Source of the DNA: an uncultured Bacteroidales bacterium
Lineage (GTDB): Bacteria; Bacteroidota; Bacteroidia; Bacteroidales; Bacteroidaceae
Direction: 5' to 3'
Length of the DNA stretch: 64,000 nucleotides
Assembly: GCA_902778625.1 (NCBI GenBank)
Contig: CACYYM010000015.1
Location: forward strand, 5,567 to 69,566
The position numbers were made by a program, and so were the translations under genes. Positions 55,359 through 63,217 of this stretch are shown one piece after another. The notes beneath the pieces are model-generated. The model had not been told where the DNA came from and did no database searches. It saw only the letters and a list, made by a program, of their open reading frames with translations. Within the stretch, counting starts at the first letter, position 1, and every line of letters starts with the position of its first letter.

Positions 55359-56486
55359 TTTCTCAAAGAAATGCGACCACACGCTGTTGAACAGGAATGA
55401 CGGCATGGAGGTGTAGCTGAAGTCGCGGAAATTCTTGTTGTTCTTCATGATTTTGAAGAAGAGATTCACTCTTTTGCGGAACCATGAACGTTGGCCTGAT
55501 GCCTTCACTTCTTCAGGCAGAGAGAAGATCTCGTCATAGACTCTTCGGTGAGATGGCGCAAGCGATTCGTATGTCTTTTTGCCCTCAACGACATCAGCCA
55601 AAGCCTCTATCAAAGCCAGAACGCGGTCGAACCTGAATTCCTTGCATCTCGCCTCAAAAGCCGCCCTATCGAAATCCTGTTTCCTGAGAACAACCCAATC
55701 CACGATGTGCTTCAGCGACAACTTGTCTTGTTGCAGATCCCCCAAAGCATGCTCCACATAAAGCATCACGGTGAACATCAAAGGCGGGCAAGCCAATGTC
55801 GTTCCCTCGAAAAACCTCCCTTGAACTCCTTGCTCCGCACCTTGGGGGTGCGCCTTGGTGCTAAAGCATCCAAGAACATCTTGAACTCTTGAACTCTCAA
55901 GCAGTCCTCGCAAGTATCGCTCAACCTTCTGCAGGTTCTTGTTCCCACGATATGGCGTGATACATCTGTGGCACTCCACATAGACATCGTCCAGCCTGAA
56001 CTCCGCCTCTTTATAGACCTCAAACTCCAACTGAACACCCTTCTCTTCCAACAGCTTGCAAGCCCGCTCCCAGTCGTGTCCAATGAAGACATCCAAGTCG
56101 CAGCTGTAGCGATGGCTGGGCACAGGATAGTATTGAGCGATGGCCCGTCCCTTCAGGACAGTTGCGTGAATGCCAGCAGCCGACCACAACCGGTCCAACT
56201 TACGCGCCACAGCCCAAGTCCGTTCATACTGAGAGCATTGTTTGTCCGTATGGCCATACCATTGCATCAGCATCTCGAGATCAGGACGCTGATTCGCAGG
56301 CAGTTTCTCCAATGCCTCGAAGCACAATCCCAGCACCCCCTGACTAATTGCAAAATCCAACGCCTCCTGCCAATCCGTGCCTGCAGGAATCTCGATTGCC
56401 AGACCAGGATTCAGCGCCTTACGTATCAGAAGTGTAACAACCCAAACAGTAGCGTCATTCATAGTTGAAATGCTTTCGCAATCCAT
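55353..56486 (-). CDS. uncharacterised nucleotidyltransferase family (NTP_transf_5-like)
   Basis: Start placed at MDCESIST (56486; 56462 is also possible), after a TACTTTTG box at 56503-56510. RYSCDLDVFI DxD motif. 377 aa. Confidence 0.5.
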   Translation of the reverse strand: MDCESISTMNDATVWVVTLLIRKALNPGLAIEIPAGTDWQEALDFAISQGVLGLCFEALEKLPANQRPDLEMLMQWYGHTDKQCSQYERTWAVARKLDRLWSAAGIHATVLKGRAIAQYYPVPSHRYSCDLDVFIGHDWERACKLLEEKGVQLEFEVYKEAEFRLDDVYVECHRCITPYRGNKNLQKVERYLRGLLESSRVQDVLGCFSTKAHPQGAEQGVQGRFFEGTTLACPPLMFTVMLYVEHALGDLQQDKLSLKHIVDWVVLRKQDFDRAAFEARCKEFRFDRVLALIEALADVVEGKKTYESLAPSHRRVYDEIFSLPEEVKASGQRSWFRKRVNLFFKIMKNNKNFRDFSYTSMPSFLFNSVWSHFFEKI

Positions 56487-56544
56487 CAATCGTACTTTTA
56501 CTGCGCAAAAGTACAAAAAAACAAGCACAGTACAAAATAAATGA

Positions 56545-56577
56545 AAATAAAAAAGAGTCCGAACCTAATCAGACTCT
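56545..56577 (-). terminator. terminator module (agagtc..gactct + T-run), copy 1
   Basis: Minus strand: gagtctgattaggttcggactc TTTTTTAT. The same ~55-bp module occurs at 58049-58105. Confidence 0.5.
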
Positions 56578-56585
56578 CAAATGCA

Positions 56586-56652
56586 ACCTGTAAACGTTAA
56601 CCTGTAACCCGTAACCTTTAACCTTTAACCCGTAAACAGTAAACAGTAAACT
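56586..56652. repeat. heptamer stutter array (cctgtaa/cccgtaa/acagtaa)
   Basis: Read directly. Abuts the DegT stop codon. Confidence 0.85.
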
Positions 56653-57978
56653 TCAAACAATCGCTTCCCTAATGCACTCCACAATATACTTGACATCTTC
56701 ATCCGTCACATACGGTCCTGCAGGCAAGCACATGCCAATCTTGAAGATGTCCTCCTCTACCCCGTTGGTATAGACCGGTGCATCTTTATATACCGGCTGC
56801 TTGTGCATAGGCTTCCATACAGGGCGGCACTCTACCTTCTTGTTCAACATAAACACGCGCATAGCCTCTACATTGTCGTTTGGCTGACAGTCTGTGGTGG
56901 CTGAATCCACCTGATGAATCACACCGGCAGCACCACCCACAGCCGTCTTTATCACCTCCTTGTAAGCGTTCTCCTGCCCTTTCACCTTCACAGAAGGATC
57001 GAGCGTCATCGTGCACAACCAGTAATTACTATCATACTCACCACTCTCAACTTTCGAACTGTCACTAAACTCTAAACTCTCAACTCTACACTTTGGTTGA
57101 CTGTTCACAGTCACGCCTTTCACATCAGCCAAAAGCTCTTCATACAGCCCTTGCACATGCTTATGGTGTGCAATATGGTCGTTCAAGACGGTCATTTGTC
57201 CGCGACCAATACCGGCACACACATTACTCATGCGATAGTTATAACCGATGGCAGAATGCTGATAGTATGGATAAGCATCACGAGCCTGAGTGGCATACCA
57301 CATAATCTCGTTGGCATCTTCTGCCGAACGACAAATCAATGCACCGCCACCACTGGTAGTAATCATCTTGTTGCCATTGAACGAGAGCACGCCATACTTG
57401 CCAAATGTGCCCAGCACCTGACCATTGAAGCGTGAGCCCATACCCTCAGCAGCATCCTCCACTACAGGAATACCATACTTGTCTGCGATAGCCATGATCT
57501 TGTCTATCTGATAAGGCATACCGTAGAGCGCCACAGGCACAATCGCCTTGGGATATTTGCCAGTCTTCTCTTTGCGGTCTATGATGGCCTTCTCCAGCAA
57601 ATCGGGGTCCATATTCCAAGTCTCTTTTTCCGAGCCAATGAATACAGGCTTGGCTCCACAATACGTGATTGGATGCGAAGAAGCACAGAACGTAAAGCTC
57701 TGCACAATCACTTCATCACCAGGACCTACCCCACACGCCAAAAGTGCCAAGTGCACAGCCGCAGTACCAGCGGAAAGACAGACCACCTTCCGATCAAGGG
57801 GTTCACTACCGTCCGTTTTACTATTGGCAAAGTCAGCAAGGTCTTTCTCGAAAGCATTCACATTCGGCCCCATCGGCACCACCCAATTCGTGTCGAAAGC
57901 CTCCTTCACGTATTTCTGTTCCCAACCCTCCTCGCTCATGTGAGCCAAGCAGAGGTAAATTGTTTTGCGTCCTTCCAT
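56653..57978 (-). CDS. DegT/DnrJ/EryC1/StrS-family PLP aminotransferase (sugar aminotransferase)
   Basis: IYLCLAHMSEEGWEQKYVKEAFDTNWVVPMGPNV N-terminus, SFNGNKMITTSGGG (PLP Lys context) and SNYWL. Confidence 0.85.
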   Translation of the reverse strand: MEGRKTIYLCLAHMSEEGWEQKYVKEAFDTNWVVPMGPNVNAFEKDLADFANSKTDGSEPLDRKVVCLSAGTAAVHLALLACGVGPGDEVIVQSFTFCASSHPITYCGAKPVFIGSEKETWNMDPDLLEKAIIDRKEKTGKYPKAIVPVALYGMPYQIDKIMAIADKYGIPVVEDAAEGMGSRFNGQVLGTFGKYGVLSFNGNKMITTSGGGALICRSAEDANEIMWYATQARDAYPYYQHSAIGYNYRMSNVCAGIGRGQMTVLNDHIAHHKHVQGLYEELLADVKGVTVNSQPKCRVESLEFSDSSKVESGEYDSNYWLCTMTLDPSVKVKGQENAYKEVIKTAVGGAAGVIHQVDSATTDCQPNDNVEAMRVFMLNKKVECRPVWKPMHKQPVYKDAPVYTNGVEEDIFKIGMCLPAGPYVTDEDVKYIVECIREAIV

Positions 57979-58011
57979 CTTACAGTTTTTTCTATTTGTT
58001 CAAATCTGCTA

Positions 58012-58019
58012 CAAAAATA
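58012..58019 (-). promoter_or_regulatory. -7 box TATTTTTG for DegT gene
   Basis: caaaaata on the + strand, 34 nt upstream of start 57978. Confidence 0.5.
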
Positions 58020-58052
58020 CAACTTTTATTTCAAACTAACAAAATAATTGAA

Positions 58053-58085
58053 AACAAAAAAAGAGTCCGAACCTAATCAGACTCT
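58053..58085 (-). terminator. terminator module, copy 2
   Basis: Same hairpin and T-run as 56545-56577, downstream of the VirE/DUF3987 gene. Confidence 0.5.
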
Positions 58086-58110
58086 TAAATGCGAACCTGT
58101 AAACAGGACT

Positions 58111-58187
58111 CCGCAACTACAATCGCGCCTTCTTGCGCTCCAGTTGGTGCTCAGGCGCAGGCGGAAGGTGCTAGAGCATCAAAGAAA
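58111..58187. repeat. 77-bp dispersed element, copy 2
   Basis: See 54164-54241. Confidence 0.9.
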
Positions 58188-58280
58188 CGGTAAACCGTAA
58201 ACTGTAAACTGTAAACTGTAAACTTTACATAAACTCTAAACTTTCAACTTTTATCTTTTAACTTTTATCTTTTAACTTAA
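58188..58280. repeat. heptamer stutter array
   Basis: ggtaaaccgtaaactgtaaactgtaaactgtaaactttacataaactctaaactttcaacttttatcttttaactttt. Its last part encodes the C-terminus ...LIKLKDKS of the 58258 gene. Confidence 0.9.
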
Positions 58281-60657
58281 TTAAATTCCGGTACACTCCT
58301 TTTTCCACCCTTTCCACCTTACCTTTCTTTGCATAACGCGAGAGAAGGGTTTTAGCTTCGCCACATTGTCCTTGGCGAAGACGTTCTTCCTTGAACTGTT
58401 GGATGGTGAAGACTTCGGGCATGAGGCTCAGGAGCGGTTCTGCCGTAATACGGGCATCGCGGGCTTGGAGCATCTGCTCGGACTCCTTCATGTCCTGAGC
58501 GACACGGCTGGCAAAGATGTGACAGATGTTGTAGTAGGCAAAGTCGCCGAGCCAACGAACGAGCTCGAGAACTTCTTTCTGCTCCTCTTCATAGAGGGCC
58601 AGGAAGGGGATGGCGGCTCTTTGCATGAACTGCCCCACTCGGTGGCTGAGGTCGGCCTCTGCTTCGGTCAGTTCGCCGTCGTTGTAGCGTTCCTCGAGTT
58701 CGTCATACCACTGCTGAATCATCTTCTGCGTCTTGGGCATCTGGAGCGTGAGCGTGTCATTTCCCAGCGCAAGGTCTTTCTGCCAGAGGTTTACGAGCAG
58801 GCTGTCGCGTTCTGTCTCTTCGTCGGAGGAGAGCGGGGTGAAGACGGGTGGACGGAAGGTGCGCTTGACATCAGGGAGCATCATGGGCAGGAACCTTTGC
58901 ATCATACCGCTCTCTGTATCGGCGAAGAGTCGGGTGAGAACGCTCCTTGGAGTGCCTGTCAAGAGGATGGCGGCACAGAGCCGGCATTGGGTGTTGCAGG
59001 AGGCTTCGCTCATGTAGAACTGGCGGTGTGTGTCGAGGTCCCATGCCTTGCGGAGCAGCACGGAGATGTTCGAGAACTGGGCCTTCGAGGCGTTGGCCAA
59101 CTCATCGCTCTCTGTGTAATTGCAGAGGAGCATCCCGTTTTCTCCGAGGTTGGTCTGGACTTCCAAGAGACTGGTTTTGCTCATGGTTTCCATGATGCGG
59201 AAGCGGGGATGATACTTGGCCGGTTTGTCCTTGGCATTGCTCATCCGGTCGCGCATTTCCTGATTCTCACGGACTTTGCGCCATTCCTGGTCGTCCCAAC
59301 TCTGCAGGGTGTGGCGGCACATCAGTTCCACGAGCATGGTCACCCAGCTCTTGCCCTTGCCACTGCCTGCAATGATGGCGGCGTAGAGGTTGGCGGCGAT
59401 GGTTCGGCCGTCTATGTAGGTCGTGCGGAAATGGCTGGCGATGGTGCCGAGGACCACGCAAGCCGTGACTACGAGCATGGGATGGTACTCCTTCGGAAAG
59501 GGTTTGATGAGGAGCTGAACGAGGCGCGGCAACTTCTTCGGCATCTTTGGCGGATTCCAGCCTTGAACCAGGCACTCCAAGTCCTTGTCGGCATCTTCTG
59601 CGTCAGAACTATGGACTATGGACTCTGAACTACGAACTGTCTCCTGAGCCCGTTCGACTGCGTCCTGCATCCTCTTGGGCATGCCTTTCAGGAACTCGAA
59701 CTTCTGGGCGCTCTCCACGGTATTCTTCACGTTTTCGTTTCTCTCCTGTACGATCTCCTGCACGAAAGGCGTCTGGCGGAGAATCTGTTCGATGAGCGCA
59801 GGGTCGTTGTCGGTAATGTATCGGAGCTGGTCGGCCAGGATCAAAGACGTGTGGTGCCTATCGCCAGGCTGCACCTTCTCGCCACCCAGCCAAGCATCGA
59901 CGATCTGGGAATAAGGGATGCCGTGATAGAGAAGTTGAGAGTGGAGAGTGGAGAGTTGAGAGTCAGTAGTGGGTTGAGAGTCTGTTGAAAGTTGAGAGTT
60001 TAGAGTGTAGAGTTTAGAGTCAGCTTGACTATCGTCCTCTTTAACTTCCTTTTTAACTTCCAGACCGTTCACGGTCTTTACTCCCTCTTTTACTTCCTCG
60101 ACTTTGAAGATTTTATCTTCAAGAAAGATTAAATCTTCAACAGTCGTTGTATAGAACACTCTCGTTATATCCTTCGCTCCTTTGTCGTAATCCACGCCGA
60201 GGAGGTCGCTGGCCCAACGCAGATTGTCCTCCTGGCTCAGTTCTGGACGGCGGCGGAAGACAAGGTGATACCCTTTCGTGGCCGACCTTTCCAGCATCAG
60301 CAATCCAAGTTCCTCCTTCTTCGATAGCACCAGTTCAGGAACCATCCTCAGCCATTCCTCTTTTCTGGCAGCTATCTGCTCTTCCCCTTCATTGGGAAGC
60401 GGGGAAGGGGTCCAGTCGATGTCCATGCCCACGGAGGTACTCATTCGGGTAGAGCCCTTCAGCGAACCATCGTCGTTGGGCAGACAGGAGTAGTTCATCT
60501 GCAGGAGCAGCGACTTCTTGTCCACCTCGCCCCTCCTGACGGCAGCGACCAGGTTGACCTGCGAACGTGTGCCACGCAGTTTGAGGTACTCCTCGCGGTC
60601 AGGAACGGGGCGCATCATCTTCGCCCCGTCCTTGTAGTAGATTGAATAACAACTCAT
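58258..60657 (-). CDS. VirE-N / DUF3987-type primase-helicase-like protein (P-loop)
   Basis: 799 aa. N-terminal domain resembles the BT4734/VirE_N family. AIIAGSGKGKSWV Walker A in the C-terminal half. Contains low-complexity inserts encoded by stutter repeats. Confidence 0.6.
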   Translation of the reverse strand: MSCYSIYYKDGAKMMRPVPDREEYLKLRGTRSQVNLVAAVRRGEVDKKSLLLQMNYSCLPNDDGSLKGSTRMSTSVGMDIDWTPSPLPNEGEEQIAARKEEWLRMVPELVLSKKEELGLLMLERSATKGYHLVFRRRPELSQEDNLRWASDLLGVDYDKGAKDITRVFYTTTVEDLIFLEDKIFKVEEVKEGVKTVNGLEVKKEVKEDDSQADSKLYTLNSQLSTDSQPTTDSQLSTLHSQLLYHGIPYSQIVDAWLGGEKVQPGDRHHTSLILADQLRYITDNDPALIEQILRQTPFVQEIVQERNENVKNTVESAQKFEFLKGMPKRMQDAVERAQETVRSSESIVHSSDAEDADKDLECLVQGWNPPKMPKKLPRLVQLLIKPFPKEYHPMLVVTACVVLGTIASHFRTTYIDGRTIAANLYAAIIAGSGKGKSWVTMLVELMCRHTLQSWDDQEWRKVRENQEMRDRMSNAKDKPAKYHPRFRIMETMSKTSLLEVQTNLGENGMLLCNYTESDELANASKAQFSNISVLLRKAWDLDTHRQFYMSEASCNTQCRLCAAILLTGTPRSVLTRLFADTESGMMQRFLPMMLPDVKRTFRPPVFTPLSSDEETERDSLLVNLWQKDLALGNDTLTLQMPKTQKMIQQWYDELEERYNDGELTEAEADLSHRVGQFMQRAAIPFLALYEEEQKEVLELVRWLGDFAYYNICHIFASRVAQDMKESEQMLQARDARITAEPLLSLMPEVFTIQQFKEERLRQGQCGEAKTLLSRYAKKGKVERVEKGVYRNLIKLKDKS

Positions 60658-60688
60658 TTTTAGTAAAGTTTTAAGGCTTTAAAAATTT

Positions 60689-60828
60689 AGCTTACTGCTT
60701 ACCGCTTAAAAGCTTAGAAGTGGATCTTAAACGCTAACCGCTAAACGCTTTCCGCGCTAAACCGCGCGCCTTGCTGCTAAAGCATGCAAGAACCTCTGTA
60801 AACTGTAAACAGTAAACAGTAAACTTTA
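60689..60828. repeat. stutter arrays (gcttac/cgctaa, then gtaaac) around a tgctaaagcatgcaagaa motif
   Basis: Read directly. Confidence 0.85.
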
Positions 60829-60830
60829 CC

Positions 60831-61208
60831 TCACGCACTTCGTGCCAGTATATGTCGTTTCCCTGGCATACGCGCATCGGCGAGCTCTTCGATGTGATAG
60901 AGGGCCGAGCCGAAGTCGTAGTACAGCTCGTCGGTGAGCGCCTTGGTATCCTCGAAGTCCTCGGGGATGGCGATGCGGAAGGTGCCACGCAGCTTGCCCT
61001 CCTTGTCGATGCGGAGCGTGAGGTGATGGCCGTTCCAGACGATCGGGTTCTTGATGCTGGACGGACTCTTCGCTTCTTCCACGAAGCTTGCCACACCCGC
61101 CTTGTCATTCACGTGCAGGTGTCCGCGCAGGTTCTTTACTATATCGCAGAACACGTTGCTCTGCTGTGTCACTCTCAGTTTCATGTTTTTAAATTCTACA
61201 GTAATCAT
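60831..61208 (-). CDS. hypothetical 125-aa protein
   Basis: ORF in an operon-like position upstream of the primase-like gene. No family recognised. The start may be MKLRV at 61184. Confidence 0.4.
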   Translation of the reverse strand: MITVEFKNMKLRVTQQSNVFCDIVKNLRGHLHVNDKAGVASFVEEAKSPSSIKNPIVWNGHHLTLRIDKEGKLRGTFRIAIPEDFEDTKALTDELYYDFGSALYHIEELADARMPGKRHILARSA

Positions 61209-61213
61209 TTTTT

Positions 61214-61292
61214 GTAAAGTTTAAAGGTTAAAGTTTACAGTTTACGGGTTACAGTTTAAAGTTTACAGTTTACAGTTTAACGAACACGAATT
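61214..61292. repeat. site B: inverted copy of site A (gtttac array + aacgaacacgaa)
   Basis: The reverse complement reads caattcgtgttcgttaaactgtaaactgtaaactttaaactgtaacccgtaaactgtaaacttta. Three mismatches to site A over the first 48 nt. Confidence 0.85.
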
Positions 61293-61582
61293 GCTCGAAT
61301 AAACACGAATTTATAATGGTACTTTTATGTAGATGATGAGTTGCTATTGTTTGGAAGCATCTTGAAAGCATAAAGCAGCGAGAGCAAAGGCAAACTCGTT
61401 TGGATTTTGCCGAGTCGCGAAGTGGTTCGAGGAACTCAAAACAAGCTTTCAGAGTGCTTCCCAAAAATATCAACCTTTATTCAAGAATAAAGCAATCTAT
61501 AGGATTGTCATCTATATAAAAAGATTCGTTAGATTAGAGAGATTCGTGTTCAAAGAAAAGAAATTGCCAGTTCGTGTTCGTT
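61279..61582. promoter_or_regulatory. candidate invertible promoter (inverton)
   Basis: aacgaacacgaa (61279-61290) and ttcgtgttcgtt (61571-61582) are perfect 12-bp inverted repeats (15/18 over 18 bp) flanking 280 bp. That segment holds a minus-strand TATTTTTG box at 61462-61469 pointing at the 61208 gene. Confidence 0.5.
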
Positions 61583-61740
61583 TACTTGATTTTTCTTGTT
61601 TTTTCTTTTGGAAGCTTTGAGTCCGAAGGACAGGCCGGTTATCGGAAGGAAGATGGCGGAAGTTCACTTACAGCCAGATTTCTGACGATAGCAGGCAGAC
61701 ACGAAGTGTCGAAGCTTTCAAAAGTGTTTTTTAGGTTTTT

Positions 61741-61800
61741 GTTCTTCAACCGTTCTCGTCAACTGTTCTCGTTAACCGTTCTCGTCAACTGTTAGCGTTA
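61741..61800. repeat. three copies of cgttctcgt(c/t)aac(t/c)
   Basis: Read directly. Overlaps the stop of the 61785 gene. Confidence 0.8.
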
Positions 61801-62066
61801 ATGTTGATTATTCGTACTTCGTTGGCAACGGCTCCGCTGGGCAGGAGTCGCGTGTGGAAAGCGAGCACAGCCTGGACGGTGCTGCCCTGTTCGATGACGG
61901 AGCCTGCAAAGCATTCTGCGTCGATGGTTGCGCTGATGTAGTTCTCGCCTGCCTCGTCGTTCCAACTGAGGAGGATGTCGCGGAAGGCCCACTTCTTGCC
62001 AGTGGTCTTCGAGGTGCCGGTCTTCAGTTCGCCGACACGCTTCACTTGAAGATTTTCAAATTTCAT
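61785..62066 (-). CDS. DUF3127-like small OB-fold-type protein
   Basis: 93 aa. GELKTGTSKTTGKKWAFRDILL pattern resembles DUF3127. Confidence 0.45.
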   Translation of the reverse strand: MKFENLQVKRVGELKTGTSKTTGKKWAFRDILLSWNDEAGENYISATIDAECFAGSVIEQGSTVQAVLAFHTRLLPSGAVANEVRIININANS

Positions 62067-62392
62067 TACTTGCGTGTGTTAAATTAATAATGTTAGTTTG
62101 TCGTTTGAGCTCGTTCGACTGATTTCTGTTGCAAGTCTGCGGTTTAGCGAGCACCATGAGAACTTGTTCTCTAATGGTCGAGCGTGAGCAGGCTCGCGGT
62201 GAAGTCTTGAGCGTCAGCTCTCGCAGAGAAACGGGCCCTGTTTCTATGCTAAAGAGGCTTTGACTCTTAATTCCGTTGCAAATTTACGGCAGTTTCTGAG
62301 ACTTGACCTCTCCAGAGACAAAGAACACGATGCAGTACAAATAAATACAAAAAAATACAAATGCTACACAAATTTTGTACAAATTCTGGCAC

Positions 62393-62432
62393 AAAAAAGG
62401 GAGGGAACCGACAACATTTTGCCGATTCCCTC
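62393..62432 (-). terminator. rho-independent terminator after the smalltalk gene
   Basis: Minus strand: gagggaa tcggcaaaatgttgtcgg ttccctc ccTTTTTTg. Confidence 0.6.
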
Positions 62433-62537
62433 TTGCATCACACAACTTCTTGGATGCTTTAGGTTAGATTGGGCCGTGTCCCTCCGTCGAGAGTGGGGAC
62501 TCTCTCCCCTCTGTTGGGCCGTAGTGACATTCAGTCA

Positions 62538-62654
62538 CTACTCTAAAAGACCCAATTCGCCCATGCAACTTGTAGTTGTGATGGCTGTCAGAAATGCTGT
62601 GAGCGCGGCTACTACTACCTTCACCAGCGTCTCTATGATTTTACTCTTGTTCAT
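62538..62654 (-). CDS. smalltalk-family small lipoprotein (38 aa)
   Basis: My translation is MNKSKIIETLVKVVVAALTAFLTAITTTSCMGELGLLE. ATGA overlap with the upstream stop. The pattern A.LTA..T...TSCM matches the Bacteroidales smalltalk family as I remember it. Confidence 0.6.
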   Translation of the reverse strand: MNKSKIIETLVKVVVAALTAFLTAITTTSCMGELGLLE

Positions 62655-63085
62655 AGCTTTTGATTTTTTAATTTTGAATTTTGAATTTCCTTGAAGAGGT
62701 TGTATCCCTTCTGGATTGTCTCTTTCGATATAAGGGCACCGCACTCCACGAATGCCATAGCATGAACCAAGGCAGGGAGCTGGTCTTCTGCGAGCCTTTC
62801 TTTTCCTCCGAACCCTGTGAGCCTGCATACGGTTTCGATGTATTTTCTCGTATCGTTTTCGCTCGGTGGCGCCCATCGATTTATTATGTCTTCTACACAT
62901 ACGGCTTTGTATTTTCGTCTGTAGGTTTCGAGGATGCAGAAAGCGGCTCGAATGCCCCACGCAAGACTTTCAAACTGAACAAACGATTTGTCACCTTGAA
63001 AACTGCTTTGCCCTTTCCATCGAGTACCTGCAACCCTCCGAATGTTCAAAGGGTTGCAGTTTCTCATGCCGCGAGTCATCTTCAT
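62651..63085 (-). CDS. putative phage-type cell-wall hydrolase (RN.NP.NIR motif family)
   Basis: MRNCNPLNIRR..GTRWKGQ N-terminus, as in proteins annotated P5-like muralytic. Occupies the slot usually held by an amidase in HU-amidase-smalltalk clusters. Confidence 0.4.
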   Translation of the reverse strand: MKMTRGMRNCNPLNIRRVAGTRWKGQSSFQGDKSFVQFESLAWGIRAAFCILETYRRKYKAVCVEDIINRWAPPSENDTRKYIETVCRLTGFGGKERLAEDQLPALVHAMAFVECGALISKETIQKGYNLFKEIQNSKLKNQKL

Positions 63086-63140
63086 AGCGGTTAGCGGTTA
63101 GAGTTTAGCGGTTAGCGATAATGTTTAAGAGTTTAAGTTC
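63086..63140. repeat. stutter array (gcggtta / gagttta)
   Basis: agcggttagcggttagagtttagcggttagcgataatgtttaagagtttaagttc. Confidence 0.85.
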
Positions 63141-63217
63141 AACTCCGCCAAGGGCGGCACTTTTATCTATTAAACTGACTCTAAACACTACACTCTCCAC
63201 TCTCAACTATTCAGGGA

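Noticed and set aside
55130-55366. 78-aa ORF between the NYN and nucleotidyltransferase genes. Also 62260..62694, 61574..61795 and 61270..61473.
   Set aside because: They are translated largely from stutter repeats (for example YGLQFTVYSLRF from gtaaact arrays). No start context is present. They are regarded as non-coding.
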